Position numbers and translations under genes: made by a program. Below are positions 31,120 to 42,061 of a DNA stretch of 64,000 nt, piece after piece (the first letter of the stretch is position 1; each line of letters starts with the position of its first letter). The notes under the pieces were generated by a model. That model was not told the DNA's origin, searched no databases, and saw only the letters and a program-made list of their open reading frames with translations. This DNA is from an uncultured virus (IMG/VR IMGVR_UViG_3300008120_007613) (lineage: Duplodnaviria > Heunggongvirae > Uroviricota > Caudoviricetes): the IMG/VR virus record IMGVR_UViG_3300008120_007613; one strand, given 5' to 3'.

Positions 31120-31124
31120 ATTTA
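31094..31124 (+). promoter_or_regulatory. Bacteroidota-type promoter (TTGG-N19-TAAATTTA), near-leaderless
   Basis: Box ends 4 nt before the helicase ATG. Confidence 0.65.
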
Positions 31125-31128
31125 AGTT

Positions 31129-32511
31129 ATGACAACATTACAAAAGTTAAATCAATATGGAAACGCGTTTCAAGTTAAAGTGTTAGGAGCACTATTAACA
31201 CAGCGTGAGTTCCTTCTCAATATTGCTGATTCACTAGATCCAGAATACTTTGAATCTAGTGCTCACAAATGGACAGTAGAATACGTTCAAAAATATTTCC
31301 AACAATATCACACTTACCCTACAATTGAAACATTATCAATTGAAATTAAAAAGATTGAAAATGAGGTACTTCGAATTTCTCTCACTGATGCACTTCGTGA
31401 GGCTTATAAAATGGCTGATGTTAGTGATTTGGAATGGGTTGAAAAAGAGTTTAGCGATTTCTGTAAGAACCAACAAATGAAAAAAGCCATCATGACCTCC
31501 GTTGATCTACTCAACATGGGAGATTATGATGGAATTAGAGCATTGATCAACGATGCTATGAAAGCAGGCGAAGATAAAAATGTTGGATTAGATTATTTAG
31601 TTGATGTTGAAACAAGATATCGCGATGATGATCGTGGCGCAATTCCATTCCCTTGGAAAACATTTAATGATTTAACACAAGGTGGTTATGGCAAAGGTGA
31701 TTTAGTATTACTATTCGGTAATCCAGGTGGAGGTAAATCATGGGGCGTTATGGCTATGGGAGCCTATGCCGCAGCACTAGGATATAATGTGGTTCATTAC
31801 ACACTTGAATTATCCGAAGGATACGTTGGTAAACGTTATGATGCAATATTTTCAGGTATTGATGTTGATAAATTAACTGAGCATCGTAAGGATGTAGAGG
31901 AATCAATCAGCAAAGTTAAGGGTAAGATAATGATCAAAGAATACGCACCTAAACGCGCGTCTTTAGATACGATAGAGGCTCACCTTCAGCAAATGGAACA
32001 TCAGAATGAGTTTAAACCTGATTTGATTATAATTGATTACTTGGACTTGCTACGCACTAAAGGTAGAAAGGAACGTAAAGATGAAATTGATGATGTTTAC
32101 ACTGATGCTAAAGGATTAGCAAAACAGCTCAACATTCCAATTGTATCACCTTCACAAGCAAATAGAACAGGTGCTGATGAAGATATCTTACAAGCTAAAA
32201 ACGCAGCTGGATCTTATGATAAGATTATGATTGGAGATATAATTATATCCTTAGCTCGCGGACGTAAAGATAAAGTAAATGGAACTGGTAACTGGCACTT
32301 TATCAAAAATAGATATGGTGCTGATGGATTAACATTCAGCTCCAAAATTAATACAGCAAACGGATTCATAGATATATACGATCAACCTCTAGATGACGAG
32401 GAATTTGAAACTAAGAAGAGTAATAAGAAGACAAATGACTTCTCTGATGTAGGAATAGAAGATAAGTATGTTCTTCGAAGTAAGTTTTTAAAGTTTGAAG
32501 GGGAACAATAG
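31129..32511 (+). CDS. dnaB: Replicative DNA helicase (DnaB/T4 gp41-like)
   Basis: 'GNPGGGKS', 'YTLELSE', 'IIIDYLDLL', 'SQANR', 'KNRYG'. Confidence 0.92.
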   Translation: MTTLQKLNQYGNAFQVKVLGALLTQREFLLNIADSLDPEYFESSAHKWTVEYVQKYFQQYHTYPTIETLSIEIKKIENEVLRISLTDALREAYKMADVSDLEWVEKEFSDFCKNQQMKKAIMTSVDLLNMGDYDGIRALINDAMKAGEDKNVGLDYLVDVETRYRDDDRGAIPFPWKTFNDLTQGGYGKGDLVLLFGNPGGGKSWGVMAMGAYAAALGYNVVHYTLELSEGYVGKRYDAIFSGIDVDKLTEHRKDVEESISKVKGKIMIKEYAPKRASLDTIEAHLQQMEHQNEFKPDLIIIDYLDLLRTKGRKERKDEIDDVYTDAKGLAKQLNIPIVSPSQANRTGADEDILQAKNAAGSYDKIMIGDIIISLARGRKDKVNGTGNWHFIKNRYGADGLTFSSKINTANGFIDIYDQPLDDEEFETKKSNKKTNDFSDVGIEDKYVLRSKFLKFEGEQ

Positions 32512-32549
32512 TATATATTATATTTATAAACACGCTAAATAAAAGTATT

Positions 32550-32816
32550 ATGGTAATAGTTAAAAGGTTCACGGCTGCATGGTGCGGCCCGTGTAAGCAG
32601 CTTGCTCCTGTATTTGAAGAGCTTAAAAATGAAATTACAAACGTTACATTTGAAACAATTGACGTTGATGAAAATAGAGAAGCTGCCATAGAAAGAGGAA
32701 TATCCTCTGTTCCAACAGTTATATTAGAAAAAGATGGACAACAAGTCTATCGTTTTAGTGGAGTATTACCTAAATCAGTTATAGCCGGGATTATCAAACA
32801 ACATTTAAACAATTAA
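32550..32816 (+). CDS. trxA: Thioredoxin
   Basis: WCGPC active site, adjacent to the RNR gene. Confidence 0.95.
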   Translation: MVIVKRFTAAWCGPCKQLAPVFEELKNEITNVTFETIDVDENREAAIERGISSVPTVILEKDGQQVYRFSGVLPKSVIAGIIKQHLNN

Positions 32817-32831
32817 AAAACAAAACAGAAG

Positions 32832-35215
<2,384 letters not shown>

Positions 35216-35219
35216 TAAT

Positions 35220-35684
35220 ATGTTTCAGTCAACTAAGTTATTTGATGGTTACAGTTGCGTATTCCGTCAATGGAAAGCAGAAGGAACACATTGCCGATTC
35301 CTTCATGGATATGGAGTATCATTTAGAGTATGGTTTGCAGGTGAGTTAGATGAAAGAAATTGGGTATGGGATTTTGGAGGGATGAAACGTGCTAAAGGCA
35401 CTATTGATGATATGAATCCTAAAGCCTGGATGGACTATATGTTTGATCACACATTGATCATATCCGAAGATGATCCATATTTAGCAGGATTTAAAGCAAT
35501 GGGTGAACATGGATTAGCACAAGTTAGAGTAATACCAGCTGTTGGAGCAGAACAGTTTGCAAAATATATATTTGAGAAGTTGAACACATTTGTTCAAGAG
35601 GAAACTAGCGGTAGAGTGAGAGTGACAAGAGTGGAATTTATGGAAAACAATAAAAATACCGCTATATATGAACAAGAGAACTAA
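35220..35684 (+). CDS. queD: 6-carboxy-5,6,7,8-tetrahydropterin synthase
   Basis: 'HCRFLHGY', 'WVWDFG', 'FDHT', T-fold, queC/queE context. Confidence 0.9.
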   Translation: MFQSTKLFDGYSCVFRQWKAEGTHCRFLHGYGVSFRVWFAGELDERNWVWDFGGMKRAKGTIDDMNPKAWMDYMFDHTLIISEDDPYLAGFKAMGEHGLAQVRVIPAVGAEQFAKYIFEKLNTFVQEETSGRVRVTRVEFMENNKNTAIYEQEN

Positions 35685-35943
35685 AAAAGCTCAACGCAAA
35701 AAATTTATTGAAGAAAACCCACCACTTTATCTCAGTGAAGGGCATTGGGAAGAGGCTATGTTAGAAGAAAACAGCTTCTGGGATGTAGAATTAATTTCTA
35801 AGGCAAATGCACCTATTTATAGGAAAATAGATAAGTGGGCCAAAAAATATGCTGAGGCATCTAGTTGGCTAGGAAAATGGTATTGTCAAATTCAAATCGA
35901 TAAATTAAGAAGTAAATTAGTAAAGTATGAAAGTAAGTCATGA
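35668..35943 (+). CDS. Hypothetical protein
   Basis: 91-aa ORF overlapping both neighbours. Confidence 0.5.
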   Translation: MNKRTKKAQRKKFIEENPPLYLSEGHWEEAMLEENSFWDVELISKANAPIYRKIDKWAKKYAEASSWLGKWYCQIQIDKLRSKLVKYESKS

Positions 35944-36733
35944 GCTCCCTTTAGGACTAATGCATTATGCTTATCAGTGGAATGATTATGATTATTGTCT
36001 CCCTCATCTAATAGACAAGTATGAACAATACAGACTATTCTTTCAAAAAGCGCGTTTAGATAAACGATTCATTATCATGGATAATGGATTATTTGAAGGA
36101 GTAGAACATACAACCGAAGATTTACTTGATAAAATTAATTTAATTCATCCTAGTATATTCATTGTTCCTGATGCCTGGAACGATTCAGCTGCTACTTTAA
36201 GAAATGCTAAACATTGGATGATAAATTACAAAAAAGACCTACCAGAAAGTACCAACTTAATGGCAGTATGCCAAGGTAAAGATATAGGTGAATTAGTAGT
36301 TACATACCAAACATTAGTTGATTTAGGTTATAAACATATTGCTTTTAACCATTCAAGCATTGCTTATGAAAAGGAATATGAAGGAAGTATACCTAAACTA
36401 AAAAAACAAATGTATGGTAGAATAGATTTTATTAGAAAATTAGTTGAAAAAGATACAATACGTAAAACACATTATCATCATTTGCTTGGATGTTCATTAC
36501 CCCAAGAATTTATGGTGTATGGAGATTATTCATTTATTAAATCAGTAGATACATCTAATCCAATTTTAGTTGGAGCTGAAGGTGTTCGTTACACAAACAG
36601 TGGAATTACATTCAAACCAGAACATAAATTAGAGCATTATTTTGAGAAAAATTTGGAAGACAAATTAGAAGATATTAAATTTAACGTACAAAAATTTAAA
36701 AGTTATGTCAGAAAAACTAATATCACTATTTGA
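35927..36733 (+). CDS. dpdA: TGT-fold 7-deazaguanine transglycosylase (DpdA-like)
   Basis: 'IIMDNGLFE', 'IVPD', 'AVCQG', 'HHLLG', 'SVDTS' match TGT/DpdA motifs. Lies between queD and queC. Confidence 0.7.
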   Translation: MKVSHELPLGLMHYAYQWNDYDYCLPHLIDKYEQYRLFFQKARLDKRFIIMDNGLFEGVEHTTEDLLDKINLIHPSIFIVPDAWNDSAATLRNAKHWMINYKKDLPESTNLMAVCQGKDIGELVVTYQTLVDLGYKHIAFNHSSIAYEKEYEGSIPKLKKQMYGRIDFIRKLVEKDTIRKTHYHHLLGCSLPQEFMVYGDYSFIKSVDTSNPILVGAEGVRYTNSGITFKPEHKLEHYFEKNLEDKLEDIKFNVQKFKSYVRKTNITI

Positions 36734-36992
36734 TTATTTAGGTTATCCTGCTGGAAATGAGTTAGGAGAGCAAGTAGCAGCATATGCTAAGATTAGAAAA
36801 GCAAAATGCAGCACACGCCATGTATCTAATCCTAAATACACTGGACCTGTGATGTTATATACTAGAGAGTTCCTCAATGAATACTTTGAGGCTAAAAAAG
36901 TATTTGAAGAAGATTATACTGAAATCAATACCCAATTGATGGATGATAGTTTTTGGACTCAAGAACAAGAAAACCAAAACAGAATATTTTAA
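36705..36992 (+). CDS. Hypothetical protein
   Basis: 'SLFDYLG..AG.ELG.QV...Y.G.VMLY.REFL'. Confidence 0.6.
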   Translation: MSEKLISLFDYLGYPAGNELGEQVAAYAKIRKAKCSTRHVSNPKYTGPVMLYTREFLNEYFEAKKVFEEDYTEINTQLMDDSFWTQEQENQNRIF

Positions 36993-36993
36993 T

Positions 36994-37824
36994 ATGAAAC
37001 AAGCAGTACTATCATTAAGTGGAGGAATGGATAGCTCCACCTTGCTGCTTCATCTACTTGCCAATGGCTATGAAGTAACAGCACTATCCTTTGATTATGG
37101 ACAAAAGCACAAAGTTGAACTCGAACGTGCTCAATCATTAGTTGAATATATTAATGAAACTTGTCCTAAAAATGAAAGTTGTTTTAATGGGTGTAAAGTA
37201 AAACATCAAATTATCAAACTAGATGGCCTTACCCAACTACTCAATTCAGCATTAGTTGAAGGTGGTAAAGACGTTCCTGAAGGACATTATGAACAAGATA
37301 ATATGAAAGAAACAGTTGTTCCTAATCGTAATAAAATATTCAGCTCACTTATTCAAGCAGTAGCATTATCAGTAGCTACTAAAGGTGAAAAACAAGAATG
37401 TGCTATTGCATTAGGTATTCATGCTGGTGATCATGCAATCTATCCTGATTGTAGACAAGAGTTCCGTGATGCTGATATGGAAGCGTTTAAAATTGGTAAT
37501 TGGGATTCTGAATTAGTTAATTTCTATACACCATATCTCCATACTAATAAATTTGGTATTTTACAAGATGGAGAGGTATGTTGTAAAAAATTAGGACTTG
37601 ATTTTAATGAAGTGTATAAGCGCACCAACACATCTTACAAACCATTCCCATCAGGAAATAGTGATTATAAGTCAGCAGCATCAGTAGAGCGAATTGAATC
37701 ATTTATTAAATTAGGTCGTCCTGATCCTGTACAGTATGAAGATGAAACTGGTCCTGTAAGTTGGGAAGTAGCTAAAGCACACGTAGAAAAAGTTCTAGCT
37801 GAACATTTGGAAAGCCAAAAATAA
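36994..37824 (+). CDS. queC: 7-cyano-7-deazaguanine (preQ0) synthase
   Basis: 'SLSGGMDSST', 'FDYGQKH..ELE', 'VPNRN.IF', 'HAGDHAIYPDCRQEF'. ATG at 36994. Confidence 0.95.
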   Translation: MKQAVLSLSGGMDSSTLLLHLLANGYEVTALSFDYGQKHKVELERAQSLVEYINETCPKNESCFNGCKVKHQIIKLDGLTQLLNSALVEGGKDVPEGHYEQDNMKETVVPNRNKIFSSLIQAVALSVATKGEKQECAIALGIHAGDHAIYPDCRQEFRDADMEAFKIGNWDSELVNFYTPYLHTNKFGILQDGEVCCKKLGLDFNEVYKRTNTSYKPFPSGNSDYKSAASVERIESFIKLGRPDPVQYEDETGPVSWEVAKAHVEKVLAEHLESQK

Positions 37825-37837
37825 GATCTTATATTTA
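37807..37837 (+). promoter_or_regulatory. Bacteroidota-type promoter (TTGG-N19-TATATTTA)
   Basis: Upstream of the small basic HTH gene. Confidence 0.7.
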
Positions 37838-37864
37838 ATCTGTAAACAAACAACAATCATAGTT

Positions 37865-38107
37865 ATGAGTTATCAAACAAAAGTACGTGCGAATTATCTT
37901 AATCGCACAGCCAAGTTGAGTTTCTTCAAGAACCGTCAACGTAATGGCGATGTAGCTCGTCTTTCAGACGAAACAGGCTACACTGAGCGTATGATTTATT
38001 ACACCCTCACTGGTGAGCGTCGTGTAAATCAAACCATCGCTAACGCAATGTATAATCTTACTCGTCGCCGCATGCGCAACGAAGATTATATCATCGCCAC
38101 GGCTTAA
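37865..38107 (+). CDS. Small basic HTH-like DNA-binding protein
   Basis: Arg-rich. 'DVARLSDETGYTERMIYYTLTGER' is a Cro/XRE-like HTH pattern. Confidence 0.6.
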   Translation: MSYQTKVRANYLNRTAKLSFFKNRQRNGDVARLSDETGYTERMIYYTLTGERRVNQTIANAMYNLTRRRMRNEDYIIATA

Positions 38108-38117
38108 TTAGCCTCCC

Positions 38118-38153
38118 AACATCCCCACTCCCTAGAGGGTGGGGATGTTTTTT
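38118..38153 (+). terminator. Intrinsic terminator
   Basis: AACATCCCCACTC-loop-GGGTGGGGATGTT followed by a T-run. Confidence 0.85.
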
Positions 38154-38169
38154 ATTTAAATTAGAAACG

Positions 38170-38295
38170 ATGCTTCACGAAATACAACATATTTTAGGGC
38201 TGTGTGGTGAAAAACATTTTAGTATTATAGCTGTAATATTAGATTGGCAAAACTTCAGCCCTATCTTTCATTATATAAAAACATTATTCAAATGA
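38170..38295 (+). CDS. Small hypothetical protein (41 aa, not in ORF track)
   Basis: MLHEIQHILGLCGEKHFSII...; its TGA overlaps the queE ATG (ATGA). Confidence 0.55.
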   Translation: MLHEIQHILGLCGEKHFSIIAVILDWQNFSPIFHYIKTLFK

Positions 38296-39134
38296 GTAAA
38301 ATTGACCCAAATAAGCTTTTAATTTCTAGTGACTTCTACTCTGTCCAAGGTGAGGGTATCTCTTCTGGAGTGCCCTCTTACTTTGTTCGTTTAGGTATTT
38401 GTAACCTAACCTGCGGTATGAGTAGAGCATTCGCTAATAAATTAGCTAAAGAACAAAAGTTAGAAGATGGTGAAATCTTTGTAGGTGATCTACACGCTGA
38501 AGGTAAAGCAACTTGGACTTGTGATTCTACAAGCCAGTGGTTGTGGAGAGGTGAAGATAAGGAGTTCCAATACTTGATTGATCGTTGGAAAGAACAAGGC
38601 ATCTATGATGATATTCTAAATGGTGTTATTCATATCATTTGGACTGGTGGTGAACCAACAATTAAAGGGCATCAAGAGGCAATTAGTAACTTTACAAGTT
38701 ACTGGTTTGATAATGCAGGAGTAAGTTTAGAGAATTTTAAACCATACTATGAAATTGAAACCAACGGTACTGTAGTAATTGAAGATAGATTATGGGGTTC
38801 ATTAGATCAAATTAATTGTTCACCTAAACTAGCAAATTCAGGTATGACAGCTAAACAACGTATTGTACCTGATGCTATTAAAAGAATCATGCAACATGGA
38901 AACTACCAATTCAAATTTGTTATCTCGACTGAGGAAGATGTACAGGAATTATTCCGCGACTTTGTCGTACCATTTAGCATACCTCTTAAAAATGTAGTTT
39001 GTATGCCTGGTTTAGATGATCAGGATGATTTCCACGAGCGTACTAACTTCGTGTTAGAGATGGCTAAAAAATACAAGTTCCGTGGTTTGACTCGTTTACA
39101 CATTTCCGCTTGGAATAAAACATTAAATGTATAA
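38292..39134 (+). CDS. queE: 7-carboxy-7-deazaguanine synthase (radical SAM)
   Basis: 'FYSVQGEG...FVRL..CNLTC...WTCDS', 'TGGEP', 'IETNGT', 'SPKL', 'RLH'. Confidence 0.93.
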   Translation: MSKIDPNKLLISSDFYSVQGEGISSGVPSYFVRLGICNLTCGMSRAFANKLAKEQKLEDGEIFVGDLHAEGKATWTCDSTSQWLWRGEDKEFQYLIDRWKEQGIYDDILNGVIHIIWTGGEPTIKGHQEAISNFTSYWFDNAGVSLENFKPYYEIETNGTVVIEDRLWGSLDQINCSPKLANSGMTAKQRIVPDAIKRIMQHGNYQFKFVISTEEDVQELFRDFVVPFSIPLKNVVCMPGLDDQDDFHERTNFVLEMAKKYKFRGLTRLHISAWNKTLNV

Positions 39135-39390
39135 TATGCCAAAATTTAAAATTATGGGCGAACGCACTTTAGTTGAGGCGTGGTCCTACATTGTTGAAGC
39201 AGATGATGTTGATGAAGCAATTCAAATGGTAGAAGATTGTCCTGATGGAATGTGTGATGGAATTGAGCGTTTAGATGATGATCAGTGTTATCAAGATGAT
39301 ACTGAATTTTCACTTATTGAGGAAATTAAAGAGCCAAAGAAGAAAAAAACATCAACTAAAAAGAAAGTAGCTAAAAAGAAGAAAAAATGA
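39127..39390 (+). CDS. Hypothetical protein (acidic core, Lys-rich tail)
   Basis: ORF with 'VEADDVDEAI'. Confidence 0.55.
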   Translation: MYNMPKFKIMGERTLVEAWSYIVEADDVDEAIQMVEDCPDGMCDGIERLDDDQCYQDDTEFSLIEEIKEPKKKKTSTKKKVAKKKKK

Positions 39391-39593
39391 AAGAGCTAGA
39401 TCTCCATGGCTTAAAACACTACGATGTTAAAGATGTAGTTGAAAACTTTGTTCTGATGAATAGTGCCCCCTTTCGCATTATAACAGGTAGATCAGACAGA
39501 ATGAGAGAATTAGTAGAAACAATATTAAAAGAACACAGATTTAATTTCTACACTCCAGCTCATAACCCAGGAGAAATAATTGTAATAGATTAA
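39387..39593 (+). CDS. Smr-domain-like protein
   Basis: 'LDLHGL' and 'IITGRS' motifs, 'NPG' near the C-terminus. Confidence 0.7.
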   Translation: MKELDLHGLKHYDVKDVVENFVLMNSAPFRIITGRSDRMRELVETILKEHRFNFYTPAHNPGEIIVID

Positions 39594-39594
39594 T

Positions 39595-40023
39595 ATGAAA
39601 GGTATTTTACTTACAATATTTTTATTTATCGGGTTATCTTCATATTCCCAAGTTGATACAGCTAAATTAAATAGTTTTATCAAAGAATGGTGGAATGTTC
39701 CTTATGTACTTGGAGGAAATAGTAAAAAAGGAATTGATTGTTCTAGATTTACTCAACGTATTTATAAAGAAGTATTTGATAAAGTTATTCCTAATGTATC
39801 TTGGAAACAATGGAGAGTAACAAAACGCGTTAGTAAAAAAGATTTACAAACGGGTGATTTAGTATTTTTTAGAAGTAAAATAAGTCCAAGTGGATGGCAC
39901 GTTGGTCTTTATTTATGGGATAACTTATTTGTTCATGCTGCTAATAAAAAAGAAGATATTAAAATAAGTAGCTTAAATGAAGATAATTATAGATTAAATT
40001 ATAAAGGAGCTGGAAGACTATGA
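39595..40023 (+). CDS. NlpC/P60 peptidoglycan peptidase with signal peptide
   Basis: 'PYVLGG..KKGIDCS', 'GDLVFF', 'HVGLY', 'FVHA'. Hydrophobic N-terminus. Confidence 0.9.
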   Translation: MKGILLTIFLFIGLSSYSQVDTAKLNSFIKEWWNVPYVLGGNSKKGIDCSRFTQRIYKEVFDKVIPNVSWKQWRVTKRVSKKDLQTGDLVFFRSKISPSGWHVGLYLWDNLFVHAANKKEDIKISSLNEDNYRLNYKGAGRL

Positions 40024-40859
40024 ACGTATTAGTAACAGGAGGATGTGGCTTTATAGGTCATGCCCTATCTAAAGAATTATTACTTAGAGGATATAATGTA
40101 GATATTATAGATAATCTCTATATAGGAGGTAAAGAAGCAAAACTAGCTACAGGCTGCAATTTTCTAAATGGGGATGTTAGAAGTATGAATAATATAGAAA
40201 TTAAAGAATATAAATACATCTTTCACCTTGCTGCAATTAGTAGAATTCAACCATCGTTTTACAAACCACAACTAACATTCTCTGTAAATGTAGATGGAAC
40301 TAGACAAGTAGTAGAATACACAATGCCAATTAGAGCAAAGTTAATCTATGCTGGTTCATCATCTAGACATCACAATCCAATGTTATCACCTTATGCATTA
40401 TCAAAACATATGGGTGAGGAATGGATTAAAATGTATAAAAGTATCTACAACTTAAATGCTGAAATAGTTAGATTCTACAATGTATATGGCCCAGGTGAAC
40501 TAGTAGATTCACATATGGCAGCAGTAATCGGTATATTTAGAAACCAAATTAAAAATAACCAACCATTAACAATATTCGGAGATGGAGAGCAACGCCGTGA
40601 CTTTACTCACATAGATGATATTGTAGATGGATTAATTAAAATAGCTGAATCAGATGAAAAACATGAGGATGCTTGGGAGCTAGGTACAGGTAAAAACTAC
40701 TCAATTAAAGAGGTAGCTGAAATGTTCAATACAGAGATAGTACATTTACCTGATGTTAAAGGAAACTATCGTGAAACAATTAGAGTAAATAACGATGCTA
40801 TTGATCGTTTAGGATGGAAACCAACAGATAGATTAAAAGAATATATTAAAACTTTATAA
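40020..40859 (+). CDS. NAD-dependent nucleotide-sugar epimerase/dehydratase
   Basis: 'VTGGCGFIG', 'SPYALSK', 'RFYNVYGP', 'GDGEQRRDFTHIDD'. Confidence 0.9.
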   Translation: MNVLVTGGCGFIGHALSKELLLRGYNVDIIDNLYIGGKEAKLATGCNFLNGDVRSMNNIEIKEYKYIFHLAAISRIQPSFYKPQLTFSVNVDGTRQVVEYTMPIRAKLIYAGSSSRHHNPMLSPYALSKHMGEEWIKMYKSIYNLNAEIVRFYNVYGPGELVDSHMAAVIGIFRNQIKNNQPLTIFGDGEQRRDFTHIDDIVDGLIKIAESDEKHEDAWELGTGKNYSIKEVAEMFNTEIVHLPDVKGNYRETIRVNNDAIDRLGWKPTDRLKEYIKTL

Positions 40860-40860
40860 A

Positions 40861-41211
40861 ATGGAAAATCAATTCATTTGCCAATATTGTGGTAAAGATA
40901 CCTCAAACGTAGAGTACGATTACCTTTCAGGCTACAACCACTTAGGATGTGCTTTAGAAGCAGAAATGAAAAGTGATGGATTTGATCATTGTATTATGTG
41001 TGGTGTAGAAACACCTTACAAACGCTCTACTCACATCGACATGCGAATCGGTTATATTGAGGGAGCTGGTCAATTATGTTCTAAATGTTATAATAGGGGA
41101 AGTAACCACAACCACCTTGCAATACCAGAATGGATGGTGGAAAATTACCCTAACGATCAAGAGTTGGGAGCCAAAGTAAGGGAATTATATTGGGCAAATA
41201 AAAATTTATAA
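40861..41211 (+). CDS. Cys-rich hypothetical protein
   Basis: CQYC, CIMC, 'YIEGAGQLC..C', 'PNDQELGAKVR'. Confidence 0.6.
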   Translation: MENQFICQYCGKDTSNVEYDYLSGYNHLGCALEAEMKSDGFDHCIMCGVETPYKRSTHIDMRIGYIEGAGQLCSKCYNRGSNHNHLAIPEWMVENYPNDQELGAKVRELYWANKNL

Positions 41212-41212
41212 T

Positions 41213-41386
41213 ATGTTAGATGCCTTAGAACAACGTATTGCTGATTTACTTAGAAGTAATGGAGCAACCCAAACCCAAATTGAAATGTATCTAGAAGATA
41301 TATTTGCCTTTAGTGATAGAGAGTTATATGAAGGAATAAGTGATGAAGATATCCTTGCTGACTTTGATGCTTGGTTGGAAGAGTAA
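41213..41386 (+). CDS. Small acidic protein (57 aa, not in ORF track)
   Basis: MLDALEQRIADLL...ISDEDILADFDAWLEE*; fills the gap between genes. Confidence 0.6.
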   Translation: MLDALEQRIADLLRSNGATQTQIEMYLEDIFAFSDRELYEGISDEDILADFDAWLEE

Positions 41387-41405
41387 AATTAAAATCATAC
41401 ATTTA
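41375..41405 (+). promoter_or_regulatory. Bacteroidota-type promoter (TTGG-N19-TACATTTA)
   Basis: Upstream of folE. Confidence 0.7.
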
Positions 41406-41419
41406 AACAAAAATAAAAG

Positions 41420-41898
41420 ATGGAATTATTAAAGAAGTCAAACGGTAATTTACCTCGTACACAGAAAGAGGTAGATAAAATGATTGAAAAAGCAGCTAAA
41501 GCATATGGAGAGTTCCTTAATGCAGTAGGATTTGACTACACAGCTGATAGACAAACAACAACCTTGCATTTACAGGTTACGCTACATTAGCATATGTACC
41601 TGGAGAGCAAGTAATTGGATTGAGTAAATTAAATCGTATTGTAGAGTGGTTCTCACGTCGTCCACAAATGCAAGAATCATTAACACAACAAATTCATGAT
41701 TATCTATCCACTAAAATGGATTGCCCATCAGTAGCAGTTAGTATTGCTTGTAAGCATACATGTTGTTCACACAGAGGTATTAAACATCCATCTGTAATGA
41801 CTACAAATAAATTCAGTGGTGTGTTTATGGAAAAGGATAATTTGATTCGTGAAGAATTCTTACATGCGATTGAGGTTAACGGAACTAAAATGAAATAA
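41420..41898 (+). pseudogene. folE: GTP cyclohydrolase I, split by an apparent internal deletion and frameshift near 41557
   Basis: N-part MELLKK...GFDYTADRQT in one frame. 'NLAFTGYATLAYVPGEQVIGLSKLNRIVEWFSRRPQMQE...HTCCSHRG' in another. The TPxRV-to-CxH block is absent. Confidence 0.85.
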
Positions 41899-41899
41899 T

Positions 41900-42061
41900 A
41901 TGCAACCACAAGAGTCAAAATCACAATGGCACTTTTGGATTAGCTTTGCCAAATCATGTATTAGATTATTTGCAGCTCTTGCTTTAATCGGACAGAGCTT
42001 TACAACAGCTGGGTTATCATTTATATTAGCTGAATTACTAGGTATAGTAGAAGAATTATGA
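41900..42061 (+). CDS. Small membrane protein (53 aa, not in ORF track)
   Basis: 'HFWISFAKSCIRL...LAELLGIVEEL*'; ATGA overlap with the next gene. Confidence 0.6.
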   Translation: MQPQESKSQWHFWISFAKSCIRLFAALALIGQSFTTAGLSFILAELLGIVEEL

